Assembly (NCBI GenBank): GCA_044892525.1
Contig: CM097885.1
Coordinates: 21,020,001 to 21,084,000, forward strand
From: Schmidtea polychroa
Lineage: Eukaryota
Reading direction: 5' to 3'
DNA length: 64,000 nucleotides
The position numbers were made by a program, and so were the translations under genes. The notes beneath the pieces were generated by a model. The model was not told where the DNA came from. It was given only the letters and a program-made list of their open reading frames with translations, and searched no databases. This document shows positions 40,593 through 54,600 of the stretch, piece by piece; the stretch's first letter is position 1, and each line of letters begins with the position of its first letter.

Positions 40593-40825
40593 CCACTTAA
40601 TGTACGTGCCCGTGACATATACGGGCGCATCTTACTGGCAATTTTGTACGCGCCCGTGACATAGACGGGCGAACATTATATTTACTTATGATATTTACGT
40701 ATAGCGTGTTTATAACGTGTTGTTTGAATTGTTTAATTATTTAATTTTTTTGAATTACTTTCTTTATTATATTATTTTTATTATATTATTACAAAAAATT
40801 CAAAATAAATGTGTACATTAAGTGG
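40593..40825. mobile_element. piggyBac-like MITE
   Basis: TTAA-CCACTTAATGTAC...GTACATTAAGTGG-TTAA. Confidence 0.8.
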
Positions 40826-42985
40826 TTAATAAAAGTTGTCATAATTTTATTATTTGTTAATTTTAAATTTATTTACATACACTCATCCCAGATTTTCAAC
40901 ACAGATTTTAAAGGTAACTCTTCTGGGCTCAATTCTCTATCGCAGGGGTTCCATACCTTTTCATAGTATCGTACCTGTACGTTGTAAAAAATTTGATGGC
41001 GTACTGGTAAACCTAATTTTTTTAATTGGTTAGAAGATGCAATGGAGATTTGTAATTAAGACAAGTAACTGCTAAGCATATAAATAAAATATAATTATGA
41101 CTTAAAAAATAGTTAGTGAGAAGGTTCGGCTTGTCGGTTCAACCCTTTGGGCCCCGGTTTTTTGATAAAAAATATCAATAAAAATGATAAAAACATTTAT
41201 TAGTTATTTAAATTTTGAAGAAAATATTTTTTCATTTGTATTAAATATATTCTTTGCAGCAAAAGGCTTAAATTATCATTTAATTGTGTTGGGTTATTAT
41301 TTTTCAAGTCGGTTTTCTCTGACTCCTCGTGTTCTTATTTAAACAAATGAATCGAAACCCAACACAGAATAACTTTATTAAACTTCAATCAAAATTACAA
41401 TTTGTAACTAAATTTGCACCTTTTTTGAAATGTTTTGGCCCACAAGGACACTTTGCAAAATTTCCGTTTGGCGCTTAACCTGTTAATTAAGAAAATATAT
41501 GTGTCGTTTGCTATAAACAGTATTGCCATGACTTAATGTTAACTTTTGGAAATACTTTCTCATTTCAGTACTTTTGCCAAAAAAAATCTTCAAAGTTTTT
41601 CCTAAATCAATTTGTGACTTCGATCAACTGACTATTCCAAAATCGTTGGTTTATGGCAAAGACCCTTTCTTGACGGACTCATATTGGATCCTTTCCAAAA
41701 TCAAGTGGTGTTCCAAATATCAGTAATAAAACCCATCGAATGAAATACAGAACTTGTTAATTGACTAACTCAACTTTTTCAGGAATCTTCTACTTATAAC
41801 CCCATGAAACTTATTGGTTTGAAGTTTATTATACTAAAAGATTTAATTGAAAATAATCCAAATAAAATTAATCTTACACTACTTACAATTGTCAGTGAAA
41901 TAAAAATAGTAAAATTTCAATCTAAATTTTTATAATGATTAATAAATTCATTTAAGCACAACTAGGGTCCCCTAAAAATCAGGGCTGATAGGACCAAATA
42001 GAATAATGAATCCGATTTTTAATTTTGATTCACATTAGTTCTTAAAAAATGGTAAAATAATGTTATGAATTTTCCTTGCACTTTCAGTTCGATGGCCAAG
42101 AAGAGACATTCATTTCTCTGCTAGAAACCAGAAAATTATTTGTCTACTCTTTTTTGTAAAGAAAGGGGGGTTAAAAATAAATTGTTATAGTGCACATAAA
42201 ACATACATTTTCGATATATTTTGACAGTTTTCCAATCATCGTCAGATAGCATAAGAAAACTATAGCTATTATAGTTTTAATAAACAAATTACAAAATTAT
42301 TATTATTACAGTGTTTCCATGATAAAAAAACTATATTGCAAAATAAAAAAACTATAAAAAAATAAATACACTTTAATACCCACATCATTAAATCATTTTT
42401 ATCATATAAGTTGAGGTTACATAACAAATTAACAATAAGTTTTTTAATTTTTTGATATCAAAAATATTATGGTTATATAAATAAATAAGATTCTATAAAA
42501 TAGTGTTATTGTTTTTTTGTGGTTAATAAAATCCAAAAAATAATTATCAATTTATATATTAAAAAACCGCAGTTATTATTGGAGCGAATTATAAAGGATA
42601 TTTTATGATTAAACTTATGTTTTTTCAAATTATTTTAAACAATAAAAACTCTGTTTTTAAGCATATTGATTTTAAGCCAATGAAAAATAATTTAAAATAT
42701 TAAACAATTTTTAAAAAAGAAAAATTATATTTTTTATAATTATATTTTGAAAATTCATTTATTGAATAATTTAAAATATTAAACAATTTTTAAAAAAGAA
42801 AAATTATATTTTTTATAATTATATTTTGAAAATTCATTTATTGGTGTTTACACAAAAACTTTGAAAAGTTAGTTTTAATTGTTGCATTTTATAGGTGGAA
42901 TTAAATATATTAAATACATATAATATAATACAATATAGTTTTTTTATTTTACAAAATAGTTTTTTTATCATGGAAACCCTCCTGT

Positions 42986-43166
<181 letters not shown>

Positions 43167-43218
43167 TAAAACAATAAAATGATAATTTAAGCCTTTTGCT
43201 GCAAATAATGTATTTAAT

Positions 43219-43257
43219 GAAAGAATTTTCGACTATACGATAGTCCTTGTCAATCTC
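43219..43257 (-). ncRNA. Candidate minimal variant hammerhead ribozyme in the Penelope 3' repeat
   Basis: GAGA-UUGACAA-G-GACUAU(CGU)AUAGUC-GAA-AAUU-C-UUUC; folded by eye. Confidence 0.45.
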
Positions 43258-43653
43258 CTGGAATTTAGCAATGTTCTTCCCCAAAATACCTTTCAATCTT
43301 TCTTTGATTTCCTTTCTCTTAATTCTCATTGGTTGTAAATATAATGAATTGTTTTACTAAAAACTTTTAAAATTTTTTACATTTAAAATTTCAAAATGAC
43401 ACAAACTAAAAATTTTTAAATTTTTTTACAGCTTCTATAATTAGCTTCTAGAAGCCTAATAAAATATTTGAAAATATTTTAAATAAAGCCTCCAATAACC
43501 ACTTATATATGCTATTTAAATATTTCAATAAATGTGTCAATTTTGATTTTCAAACCCTATTTTTTAAAATTTTTTTTTATATTATTCTAATTATTACTTT
43601 TTAATTTATTCTATTTTTTTAATTTCTTTATATATTGTCAGTTATTCTCAAAG

Positions 43654-44575
43654 TCAATGACAACAGATCAAATTCATGATTTCATTGATTTCTTCTTTAG
43701 TGTTGATCTTTGGCTGTCTGTTTATGATGAGAATTGCTTCTTTGATTCTGACATTTTTCTTTTGGATGTTTCCATTAGCTATGATTTTTATTGAAATATT
43801 TTTTCTTTCTTCTGTTGGCTGACACTGCCGGAGATGTCTGCCCAACGATGATGTTCCACCAGGATCTAGATGTTCTTTAACTCTTTGGTGCAATGTCCTG
43901 AGGGTACTTCCAATGTAGATTTCATTGCATACATTGCACGTGATGCAATAGACGATGTTTTTTCTAAAGCACATATCTTTCGGTGTCTGGCAGTTTTTCA
44001 TTGTGCAATTGTTTTCTCTATTTATGTTGCCTGCCAGAGCCCTTCTCAATGTCCAAGATTTATGTGCTATCCGAATTGGAAGACCGGTACGTTTAAGTTC
44101 TTTCAAGATCTTGAAGTCGAGTATGTCACTGATGAATGGGATATTCAGATAGAAATATTTCTGATTCTTTTGTGTTAATTCCCTAGATCTTCTTGGGGTA
44201 GAATTCATTCTTTCAATGTCCTCACCTTGGTATCCGTTTCGGTGTAGGATTTTATTGAAATTTGATTGCTCTTTAAAGTTTTCGTTTTTCTCCGTTTTTC
44301 TCGTTTCTTATGACATGTACTTTCTGTAAGTATGGAAGCGCTGATCTTTGGTGCATAAATATTTCTTTGCGAGCTGGTTTTCTGTAGAACCCGTATGTTG
44401 GAGTATTTTCTTCTATTTTGATTCTCAAATCCAATAAATTGAGGGATCCATCTTCTTCCGGATATTCGATTTCGAACTTAATATCTTGATGAGCCGCATT
44501 GAATGTATGAAATATTTCCTCCGCTTCTTTTTTGTTTTTGGTCGTGATGAAGATATCATCTACATATCTTGCATA
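43654..44575 (-). pseudogene. Penelope RT C-terminal part and GIY-YIG endonuclease; frameshift near 44290
   Basis: YARYVDDIF, LNLLDLRI, FYRKP, LHRNGY, NIVYCITCNVCNEIYIGST..LHQRVKEH. Confidence 0.9.
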
Positions 44576-47500
44576 AGTAGGTAGATAGTAGCCTACGGCA
44601 GCAATGACCCCCCCCCCGGGGGGGGGGGGGGGGGGTTCTGCTGCCGTAATTTTTTTGCTGCAACTTTTGATTACGCAATTTTTCACACTATAGTGAGGGG
44701 GTCTCGATGGTCCTGGGATTTTCAATACAAAAAAATTTTTTCTATACAAAAACGATGGTCCTGGGATTTTCAATACAAAAAAAATTTTTCTATACAAAAA
44801 TCCGACTACCACTAAAAAAGCATGGAATTTTCAGACTATAGTGAGGGGGTCTCGATGGTCCTGGGATTTTCAATACAAAAAATTTTTTTCTATACAAAAA
44901 TCCTACTATCAATAAAAAAGCCAAGGATTTATCACGCTATAGTGAGGTGAGTCTCCTTGGTCCTGAGAAATAGGTGTTCTACACTAAAAACGTGGTAATT
45001 TAAGGTCTCGGGATATTTTCAATACAAAAAGCTGGTCTACACTAAAAAGCATGGTAATTTAAGGTCTCATGATATTTTCAATACAAAAAGGCGGTCTCAC
45101 TAAAAAAGCATGGAATTTTCAGACTATAGTGAGGGGGTCTCGATGGTCCTGGGATTTTCAATACAAAAAAAATTTTCTATACAAAAACGATGGTCCTAGG
45201 ATTTTCAATACAAATAAATTTTTTCAATACAAAAACGATGGTCCTGGGATTTTCAATACAAAAAATTTTTTTCAATACAAAAATCCGACTATCAATAAAA
45301 AAGCATGGAATTTTCAGACTATAGTGAGGGGGTCTCGATGGTCCTGGGATTTTCTATACAAAAATCCGACTATCAATAAAAAAGCATGGTAATTTAAGGT
45401 CTCAGGATATTTTCAATACAAAAAGCCGGTCTACACTAAAAAAGCCAAGGATTTTTCAGACTATAGTGAGGTGAGTCTCCTTGGTCCTGAGAAATAGTTG
45501 GTCTACACTAAAAAAAAACGTGGTAATTTAAGGTCTCAGGATATTTTCAATACAAAAATCCGACTACCACTAAAAAAGCCAAGGATTTTTCAGACTATAG
45601 TGAGGCGAGTCTTCAATAAAGAAGCATGGTAATTTAAGGTCTCAGGATATTTTCAATACAAAAAGCTGGTCTACACTAAAAAAGCCAAGGATTTTTCAGA
45701 CTATAGTGAGGTGAGTCTCCTTGGTCCTGAGAAATAGGTGGTCTACACTAAAAAACGTTGTAAATTTTTCAATTAAAGTAAATAATGGTTCTAAAAAATT
45801 AAATTATAGTAAATTATGGCTCAAATTTTTAAATTACAGTAAATTATGGTTCTAAAAATTAAATTAAAGTTAATTATGGCTCAAATTTTTAAATTACAGT
45901 AAATTATGGTCCTAAAAAAATAAATTACAGTAAATTATGGCTCAAATTTTTAAATTACAGTAAATTATGGTCCAAATTTTTAAATTACAGTAAATAATGG
46001 TTCTAAAAATTGAATTACAGTAAATAATGGTCCTAAAAAATTAAATTACAGTAAATTATGATCCAAATTTTTCAAATACAGTAAATTATGGTCCTAAAAA
46101 ATTAAATTACAGTAAATTATGGTCCAAATTTTTCTATTACAGTTAATTATGGTCCTAAAAAATTAAATTAAAGTAAATTATGGTTCTAAAAATTAAATTA
46201 AAGTAAATTATGGCTCAAATTTTTCAATTACAGTAAATAATGGTCCTAAAAAATTAAATTACAGTAAATTATGGTCTAAATTTTTAAATTAAAGTAAATT
46301 ATGGTCCTAAAAATTAAATTAAAGTAAATTATGGTTCTAAATTTTAAATTAAAGTAAATTAAGGTTCTAAAAAATTAAAATAAAGTAAATTAAGGTCCAA
46401 ATTTTAAATTAAGTAATCAATGGTAAAAAAATTTTAAATAAGTAAATTGAAGTAATAATTTTTAAATTAAGTAATCAATGGTAAAAAATTTTAAATAAGT
46501 AAATTAAAGTAAGATTTTAAAATTTAATTACAAAAAGTTGAAGGTGTTTGAGAATTGAAATTTTTTAATGAAAATTTTCAATGGTAATTTTTAATGAAAA
46601 TTTTTATGGAATATTTTTTTTAAGTAATTTTTAATGGAAATTTTTATGAAATATTTTTCAATGATAATTTTAGATGGAAATTTTTAAGATAATTTTTAAT
46701 GAAAATTTTTATGAAATATTTTTCAAAGACAAATTTTAATAATAATTCAACAACAAATCAACAACTTAGTACCAACAACCAGTAACTTACGAACATGTAT
46801 TACCAACCAGATACCTACAACCAGTTACCTGATACCAAGTACCAACAACCAAAAACATGCAACCAACTAGGTACCAAGTACTAACAACTAACTACCACCT
46901 ACCAAGTACCTACAACCAACTACTAAGTACTAACAACCAAAAACAACCAACTAGGTACTAGATACCAAGTACTTACAACAAACATCAACCAAGTACTTAC
47001 TACCAACTACCAAGTACTTACAACTAGTTACTAACAACTAGTTACCTGCTACCAAGTACTTACAATTAGTTACTAACAACCAGTTACCTGATACCAAGTA
47101 CCTACAACCAACTACTAAGTACTAACAACAAAAAACAACGAAGTACCTACAACAAATTACCAGATACCAAGTGCCTACAACTAGTTACTAACAACTAGTT
47201 ACCTGATACTAAGTACCTACAACCACCTAACAAGTACTAACAACCAAAAACAAGCAACCAAACAGGTATCAGATACCACCTACTAAGTACCAACAACCAA
47301 CTAGTTACCAGATACCTACAACTAGATACTAACAACTAGGTCTCAAACAACTAAATACTAACAACCAGGTACTAAGCATTAATTACCAACTACTAAGTAC
47401 CTACAACCTACAACTAGATACTAACAACCAGTTACCTGATACCAAGTACTAACAACCGTCAACAACCAGGTACTAAGCCTTATCAACCTACAACTAGTTA

Positions 47501-48651
47501 CTAACAACCAGTTACCAACTACTAAGCATTAATTACCTACAACTAGTTACTAACAACTAGATACCAAGTACATACAACCAGACACTAAGCATTATCAACC
47601 AAGTACTAACAACTAAATACTAAACACTAACAACCGACAATAACCAGGTACTAAGCATCATCAACCAACTACTAAGTACCTACAACTAGATACTAACAAC
47701 CAGTTACCCATTAACTAGCTACAACCAGCACTCAACTAGCTACCAACTACTAAGTACCTACAACCAACTAGCTACCACCTACCAAGTACTAACAACCAGT
47801 TACCAACTACTAAGCATTAATTACCTACAACTGGTTACTAACAACATGATACCAAGTACATACAACCAGACACTAAGCATTATCAACCAAGTACTAACAA
47901 CTAAATACTAAACACTAACAACCGACAATAACCAGGTACTAAGCATCATCAACCAACTAATAAGTACCTACAACTAGTTACTAACAACTAGATACCAAGT
48001 ACATACAACCAGACACTAAGCATTATCAACCAAGTACTAACAACTAAATACTAAACACTAACAACCGACAATAACCAGGTACTAAGCATCATCAACCAAC
48101 TACTAAGTACCTACAACTAGTTACTAACAACTAGATACCAAGTACATACAACCAACTAGCTACCAACTACCAAGTACTAACAACCAGTTACCAACTACTA
48201 AGCATTAATTACCTACAACTAGTTACTAACAACTAGATACCAAGTACATACAACCAACATCAACCAGGTACTAGATACCAAGTACTAACAACCAAGTAAC
48301 TTACCTAGTAATAAGCACTGTCAACTAGATACCAAACACTTACAACCAGATGACCACATGAAATTATTGGTTAAATATGAAAATAAGGGTTATAATTAGT
48401 TGTTAAGTAAATTATGGTGTAAAATTAAGAAATAAAGAATAATTAGGTAAATTAAAGTAATAATTTTTAAAAAAGTAAATTAAGGTTCAAATTTTAAATT
48501 AAATAAGTAAATTAAAGTAATAATTTTTAAATAATTAATGTACTAAGTAAATTAAACTAAGATTTTTAAATTTATTATCAAAAGATTGAATAACCACCAA
48601 CTTTTTTGAGAAATGTAATTTATAATGTAAATTTAAATGGAAATTTAAATG

Positions 48652-48687
<36 letters not shown>

Positions 48688-51600
48688 TACTAATAATAAT
48701 TCAACAGTTACCAACAATCGGTTACTAAATATTTTTAACTAGGTGCTGACAAATAAGTACCAAATACTTACAACATGATACCACGTACTAACTAACTCTC
48801 AAACAACCAGATACTTACAACTAGCTACTAAATATTCTTCACTGTATTTTATGAAATGCTTTTTAAATTTATTTTTTATCTATCTTCAAAAATATATTTA
48901 ATTACAATCATTAGAAAAACCTTTTCAAATTTAACAAAAATGATGATTTTCATCAAAAAACCACAACTCATCACCACGTGGAATTCAAAATAATTACAAT
49001 GAAAGACTAATGAATTCTAATTTACAAAACATTCTTCTTTTAAATGATAACTACTGACTTATTATTGCAAAGTAAAAATCGCATTCAATAAATACTTATT
49101 GTTGATCAGTTTTATTATATATACTCTGAGTTTATCCGACAGGATGTTTTGACCACCCGAAGGGTACAGGTCGTAAGGGTACTGGTCGTAAGGGTACTAG
49201 TCGTAGGGGTATTGGTAACACTCAACCCCCACCTACTCATTAATTAGTTACCATGTACTAACAACTAGGTTTCAAACAACTAAATACTAAGTACTAACAA
49301 CTAACAACAACCAGGTACTAGATACCAAGTACTAACAACCTACAACTATATAACAACAATCAGTAAACAACACTGTACCAACTACCAAATACAAGAAACC
49401 AACAACTTAGTACCAACAATCAACTAACAACACATAAAAATAATAGCAATTAAATAAAAAAAATTATTCTTCATCGCATACACTATTTTCTTATCAAAAT
49501 CTAAAAAGTCAACCAACTACTTACAACCAACAACTATGTACTAACAAATTGATCTTTAAAAGCAAATACTCATCACTTGAAAAATTAGATGGAAAATTAT
49601 TTGAACTCAAGGCATCAATAACTAGGTAAAATTTGATTAAATTATTGTAAAAATTTAAATTATTCAAAATAAATATCATAAAAATTTAATTAATGGACAG
49701 GAAAAAATTCTAATCATTAATCATCCAATAAATAAAAAAAATACTGATCATTCAAGTTGAATCAACTAAGATAATAAATTAATAAAAGTTTTGAAATAAG
49801 ATCTAGATTTAGATTAAATAAAATTAATTTTAATTATTTTTGTAAAAGTAATACATGTACTCAAATTGATTGACTGATTTCTCAATATATTCAAAAAATC
49901 TGTATGAATTCATTAAAATTATCAAAGTCAGCAATCTACAATAAAAATAATTATCATTAAATTCCAAAAGAGACTAGATAACTAATGATAACATCTAACA
50001 AACCAGTAAATTCATTCAAATGACAATAATTGGTATATCCAAGTGAATTCTCCAATAAAAGCATCTAAAAAGCATCATTTTCCCCCTAAATATATCAATA
50101 TTTAAAGATTGGTATTTTAATGATAAATACTTGTTAAAGATCATATATTCTCCTCAAACTAACAAGATTCCTTAAAATCCCTTAAATGACTATATTTCAA
50201 CCCTTAATTCATATTATTACAAATAATTCATTAAAATCATCTAAAAAGCATCATTTCCCCTAAATATATCAATATTTAAAGATTGATATTTTAATGATAA
50301 GTACCCGTAAAGGATCATATATTCCCCTCAGACTAATAAGATTCCTTAAAATCCCCTTTAAATGACTATAATTCTAACTTTAATTCGTATTATCACGAAT
50401 ATTTCCCTATAAAACATGTAAAATCATTAACCCTAAATAATTTATAAAATCTAATGATAAAACTGGTTATAATTAATTTTTTGTTTTTCACTGTACTCGA
50501 TATTTTAAATAAATATTACTACAATATAACTGACTAGGTCCCATTGAAAGATTAAATTTATCCATTCAATAAAATATATTTCTTCAAATGATCATTTTTA
50601 CCAATATTCAACCGATTTAATTACTAATTAAAATCAAGATTTCTTCCAATAAAGATCAATTTTATTTAGTCAATGTTTTAAGTCCATATTTCTCAACTTT
50701 TGTCGTTGTCCGTCTAAATAAAGATAAAAATAAATTAAAGTTGATATCAATCCCAATTATCTGTAAAGATTTCATTGTCAAAACCAAGTAAATCGATCAT
50801 TATCCCTACTTAATAAAACATTGTTCTAAATTAATTTACTGTGCATTAATCACAACCTAATAAAACGATATAATTATTATTGATTCATAACTGACTAATT
50901 GACATTTCCCTTAAAACAATGATATTTTACCAACATCACCATTAAAAAAATCATATATTCCCATCTTAACCCATCTCTCATTAAATTTAACCGACTATAT
51001 TCCAATCTTAACCCATCCTTCATTAAAGTCAATCGACTATATCTCCCTTACAATGATATATTCCCATCTTAACCCATCTCACATTAAATCTAACCGACTA
51101 TATCCCCTTAAAAGATCATATTTTCCCCATCTTAACCGATCACTCATTAAATCTCACCGACAATATCCCATCTTATCCGATCTCTCAGCAAATATTTCTA
51201 CCCTTTTAAACATCTATCCGATTATATCCCTTATTTTCCCTAAAGATTTCACCCACTTGAGCCCTTTAATATATATCAATCCTCTTAAAATCCTCAGAGA
51301 ACTTCAAAAATATGACTTTTAATTAATTGTTATAGAACCAGACAAATAATAAGAGCCCACTAAAAGATCAAAATTCACTAAATTTTCTACAAATATATAC
51401 CATCAAATACTGGAGATGATATATATTGATTGATCATAATTCTTCATCGATTCAGCCAATCATTTTCAAGCGCTATCAGCAAACTAAATTTCAGTATATT
51501 CTACAATCATTTTCAAGTAAATTTAAATTCCTTGTTAAAGTTAACTAGTTTCTTAGCTCATGTTTTTTAAAGTTCATCAATGAGTAAATATTCTTAGAAA

Positions 51601-54600
51601 ATTATTGAAAAAATTATTTAGTGAAATATATTACAAACTTATCATTAAAAATTTATTCTATCACTTGAAATTAATTTTTATTTAAAAACTATTCAATAAA
51701 ATACCACTAATTATCAAGAAATTAATTAAATTTATCAATCAAATTTATCACCATTAAAACTTTTAATCAGTCAACATGAAATTCTTAGAAAATTGTTCAA
51801 TATCCTCATAAAAATTTATCCTACCACTTGATTATTGTACAAACTCTAATTATTAACCTCATTAAAAATTAAAAATACATCCAATTATCAAGAAATTAAT
51901 TAAATTTATCTTAGAACTAACTTTGAATTATTAAATATTCATTCAATAATCATGAAATCCACAAAAATAATAGAAATTTACAAAAATCAAAGAAATTCAC
52001 AAAAATGATAAAAATTCATGAAAATGATAGAAATTCACAAAAACGATAAAAATTCATAAAAATTATAGCAATTCGCAAAAATAATAGGAAATTCACAAAA
52101 ATGATAGATATCCACAAAAATTACAGATAATCAAAAAAATTACGGAAAATAATAGAAATCCGCAAAAATAATAGAAATTCACAAAAAAACGATAAAAATT
52201 CACAATAAAAAAACGATAAAAATTCACAAAAAAGATAGAAATTTACTTGAATAAAACCATCAACTCTAAAAATTATGAATACCTTAAACAACAAATTTGC
52301 CTAAATAATCATTCAAATAAAAACATTAAATACCTTTACGACTAATACCCTTACGACATGTTGAATGTGAGTAGTACCCTTTGTGAGCAATACCCATAGG
52401 GGGACAGAATATTTTGTCGGATAAACTCAGAGTATATATTAATTAACTCATTTTTCATTGAATTAGTAAAATTATCATAATTTCGATAAAAATTCTAAAG
52501 TGGTAAGCAATGTAAAGAGAATCATTCTTTAAACTTTGATAAAATTAACAATGAAGGTGGTAAGAATCTTCATTAAAGTGAGGAAATTATTCATTACTCG
52601 ATTCAAATGGGTGAAATTAATTGGTAGAATAATTCATTAATGGATCATTGAATGGGCATAGATAAGAAGAAGGTTGATAAGAATGCAAATATATTAATTG
52701 AATTTATTTAAAATTATTTCATAAAATTCATAAATTTAATAAAAAAAAAACTTTTAAAACAAATATTTGTGGGGATGTTTTAAGTGAATAATTAATGGAA
52801 AATCGGGGGGATATAAGTGATAATAATTAATGGAAAATCGGGGGGATATAAGTGATAATAATTAGTGGAAAATAGAGAATCGGGGGGATATAAGTGATAA
52901 TAATTAGTGGAAAATAGAGAATCGGGGGGATATAAGTGAGAAGGATATGTAATTTAAACTAGTTTATTACATAACAAGCCGTAACTAGTTTATTACATAA
53001 CAAGCTGTGAATGTTATTTTATTGAGAATTATTGATTAGGTCTTTTTTTTTTTTTAATTTTTGAATAGGTACTTTAATACCTTAATAATTTAAATGTTTT
53101 GATTTACACTAAATAATTTCTAAATCAATTACCCTTTTCAATCAAAATAAGTTAATATTCAAATATAAGTCTTATAAAATACAATTAAAATTAAATACAT
53201 CACAAATTTTAAGTTTTTTAAATTCTCAAATAAATGTTAACAAGATATTAATTTATTAATTATTATAGATTTTTTAAACTTATTATTGAAATTAAACAAT
53301 AGAATGATATTCAAAATATATACAATTTTAAAATATAATTAAAATTAAATTACATACTTTAAAAATTTAGTAAAATGTTGGTAAAATACCATTCACAGCT
53401 TGTTATGTAATAAACTAGTTACGGCTTGTTATGTAATAAACTAGTTTAAATTACATATCCTTCTCACTTATATCCCCCCGATTCTCTATTTTCCACTAAT
53501 TATTATCACTTATATCCCCCCGATTCTCTATTTTCCACTAATTATTATCACTTATATCCCCCCGATTTTCCATTAATTATTATCACTTATATCCCCCCGA
53601 TTTTCCATTAATTATTCACTTAAAACATCCCCACAAATATTTGTTTTAAAAGTTTTTTTTTTTATTAAATTTATGAATTTTATGAAATAATTTTAAATAA
53701 ATTCAATTAATATATTTGCATTCTTATCAACCTTCTTCTTATCTATGCCCATTCAATGATCCATTAATGAATTATTCTACCAATTAATTTCACCCATTTG
53801 AATCGAGTAATGAATAATTTCCTCACTTTAATGAAGATTCTTACCACCTTCATTGTTAATTTTATCAAAGTTTAAAGAATGATTCTCTTTACATTGCTTA
53901 CCACTTTAGAATTTTTATCGAAATTATGATAATTTTACTAATTCAATGAAAAATGAGTTAATTAATATATACTCTGAGTTTATCCGACAAAATATTCTGT
54001 CCCCCTATGGGTATTGCTCACAAAGGGTACTACTCACATTCAACATGTCGTAAGGGTATTAGTCGTAAAGGTATTTAATGTTTTTATTTGAATGATTATT
54101 TAGGCAAATGTGTTTAAGGCATTCATTGATAATTTTTAGAGTTGATGGTTTTATTCAAGTAAATTTCTATCATTTTTATGAATTTCTATTATTCTTGTGA
54201 ATTTCCATAATTTTTTGTGAATATCAGTAATTTTTGTGGATATCTATCATTTTAATGAATTTTTATCATTTTTGTAAATTTCTATTATTTTTGTGGATTT
54301 CTAACATTTTTGCAAATTTGATGTTTATTGAATGAATATTTAATAATTTAATGCTAATTCTAAGATAAATTTAATTAATTTCTTGATAATTGGATGTATT
54401 TTTATTGACTTATTTTTTTTATTTTTAAATAAAAATTTATTTCAATGAGGTTAATAATTAGAGATTTTACAATAATGAAGTGATATGATAAATTTTTATG
54501 AGGATATTGAATAATTTTCTAAGAATTTCATGTTGACTGATAAATTTAATTGATAAATTTAATTAATTTCTTGATAATTAGTTGTATTTTATTGAATAGT

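Noticed and set aside
41290..42000. Possible further transposase remnant or host exons
   Set aside because: I could not support any recognisable motif, TIR or consistent reading frame.
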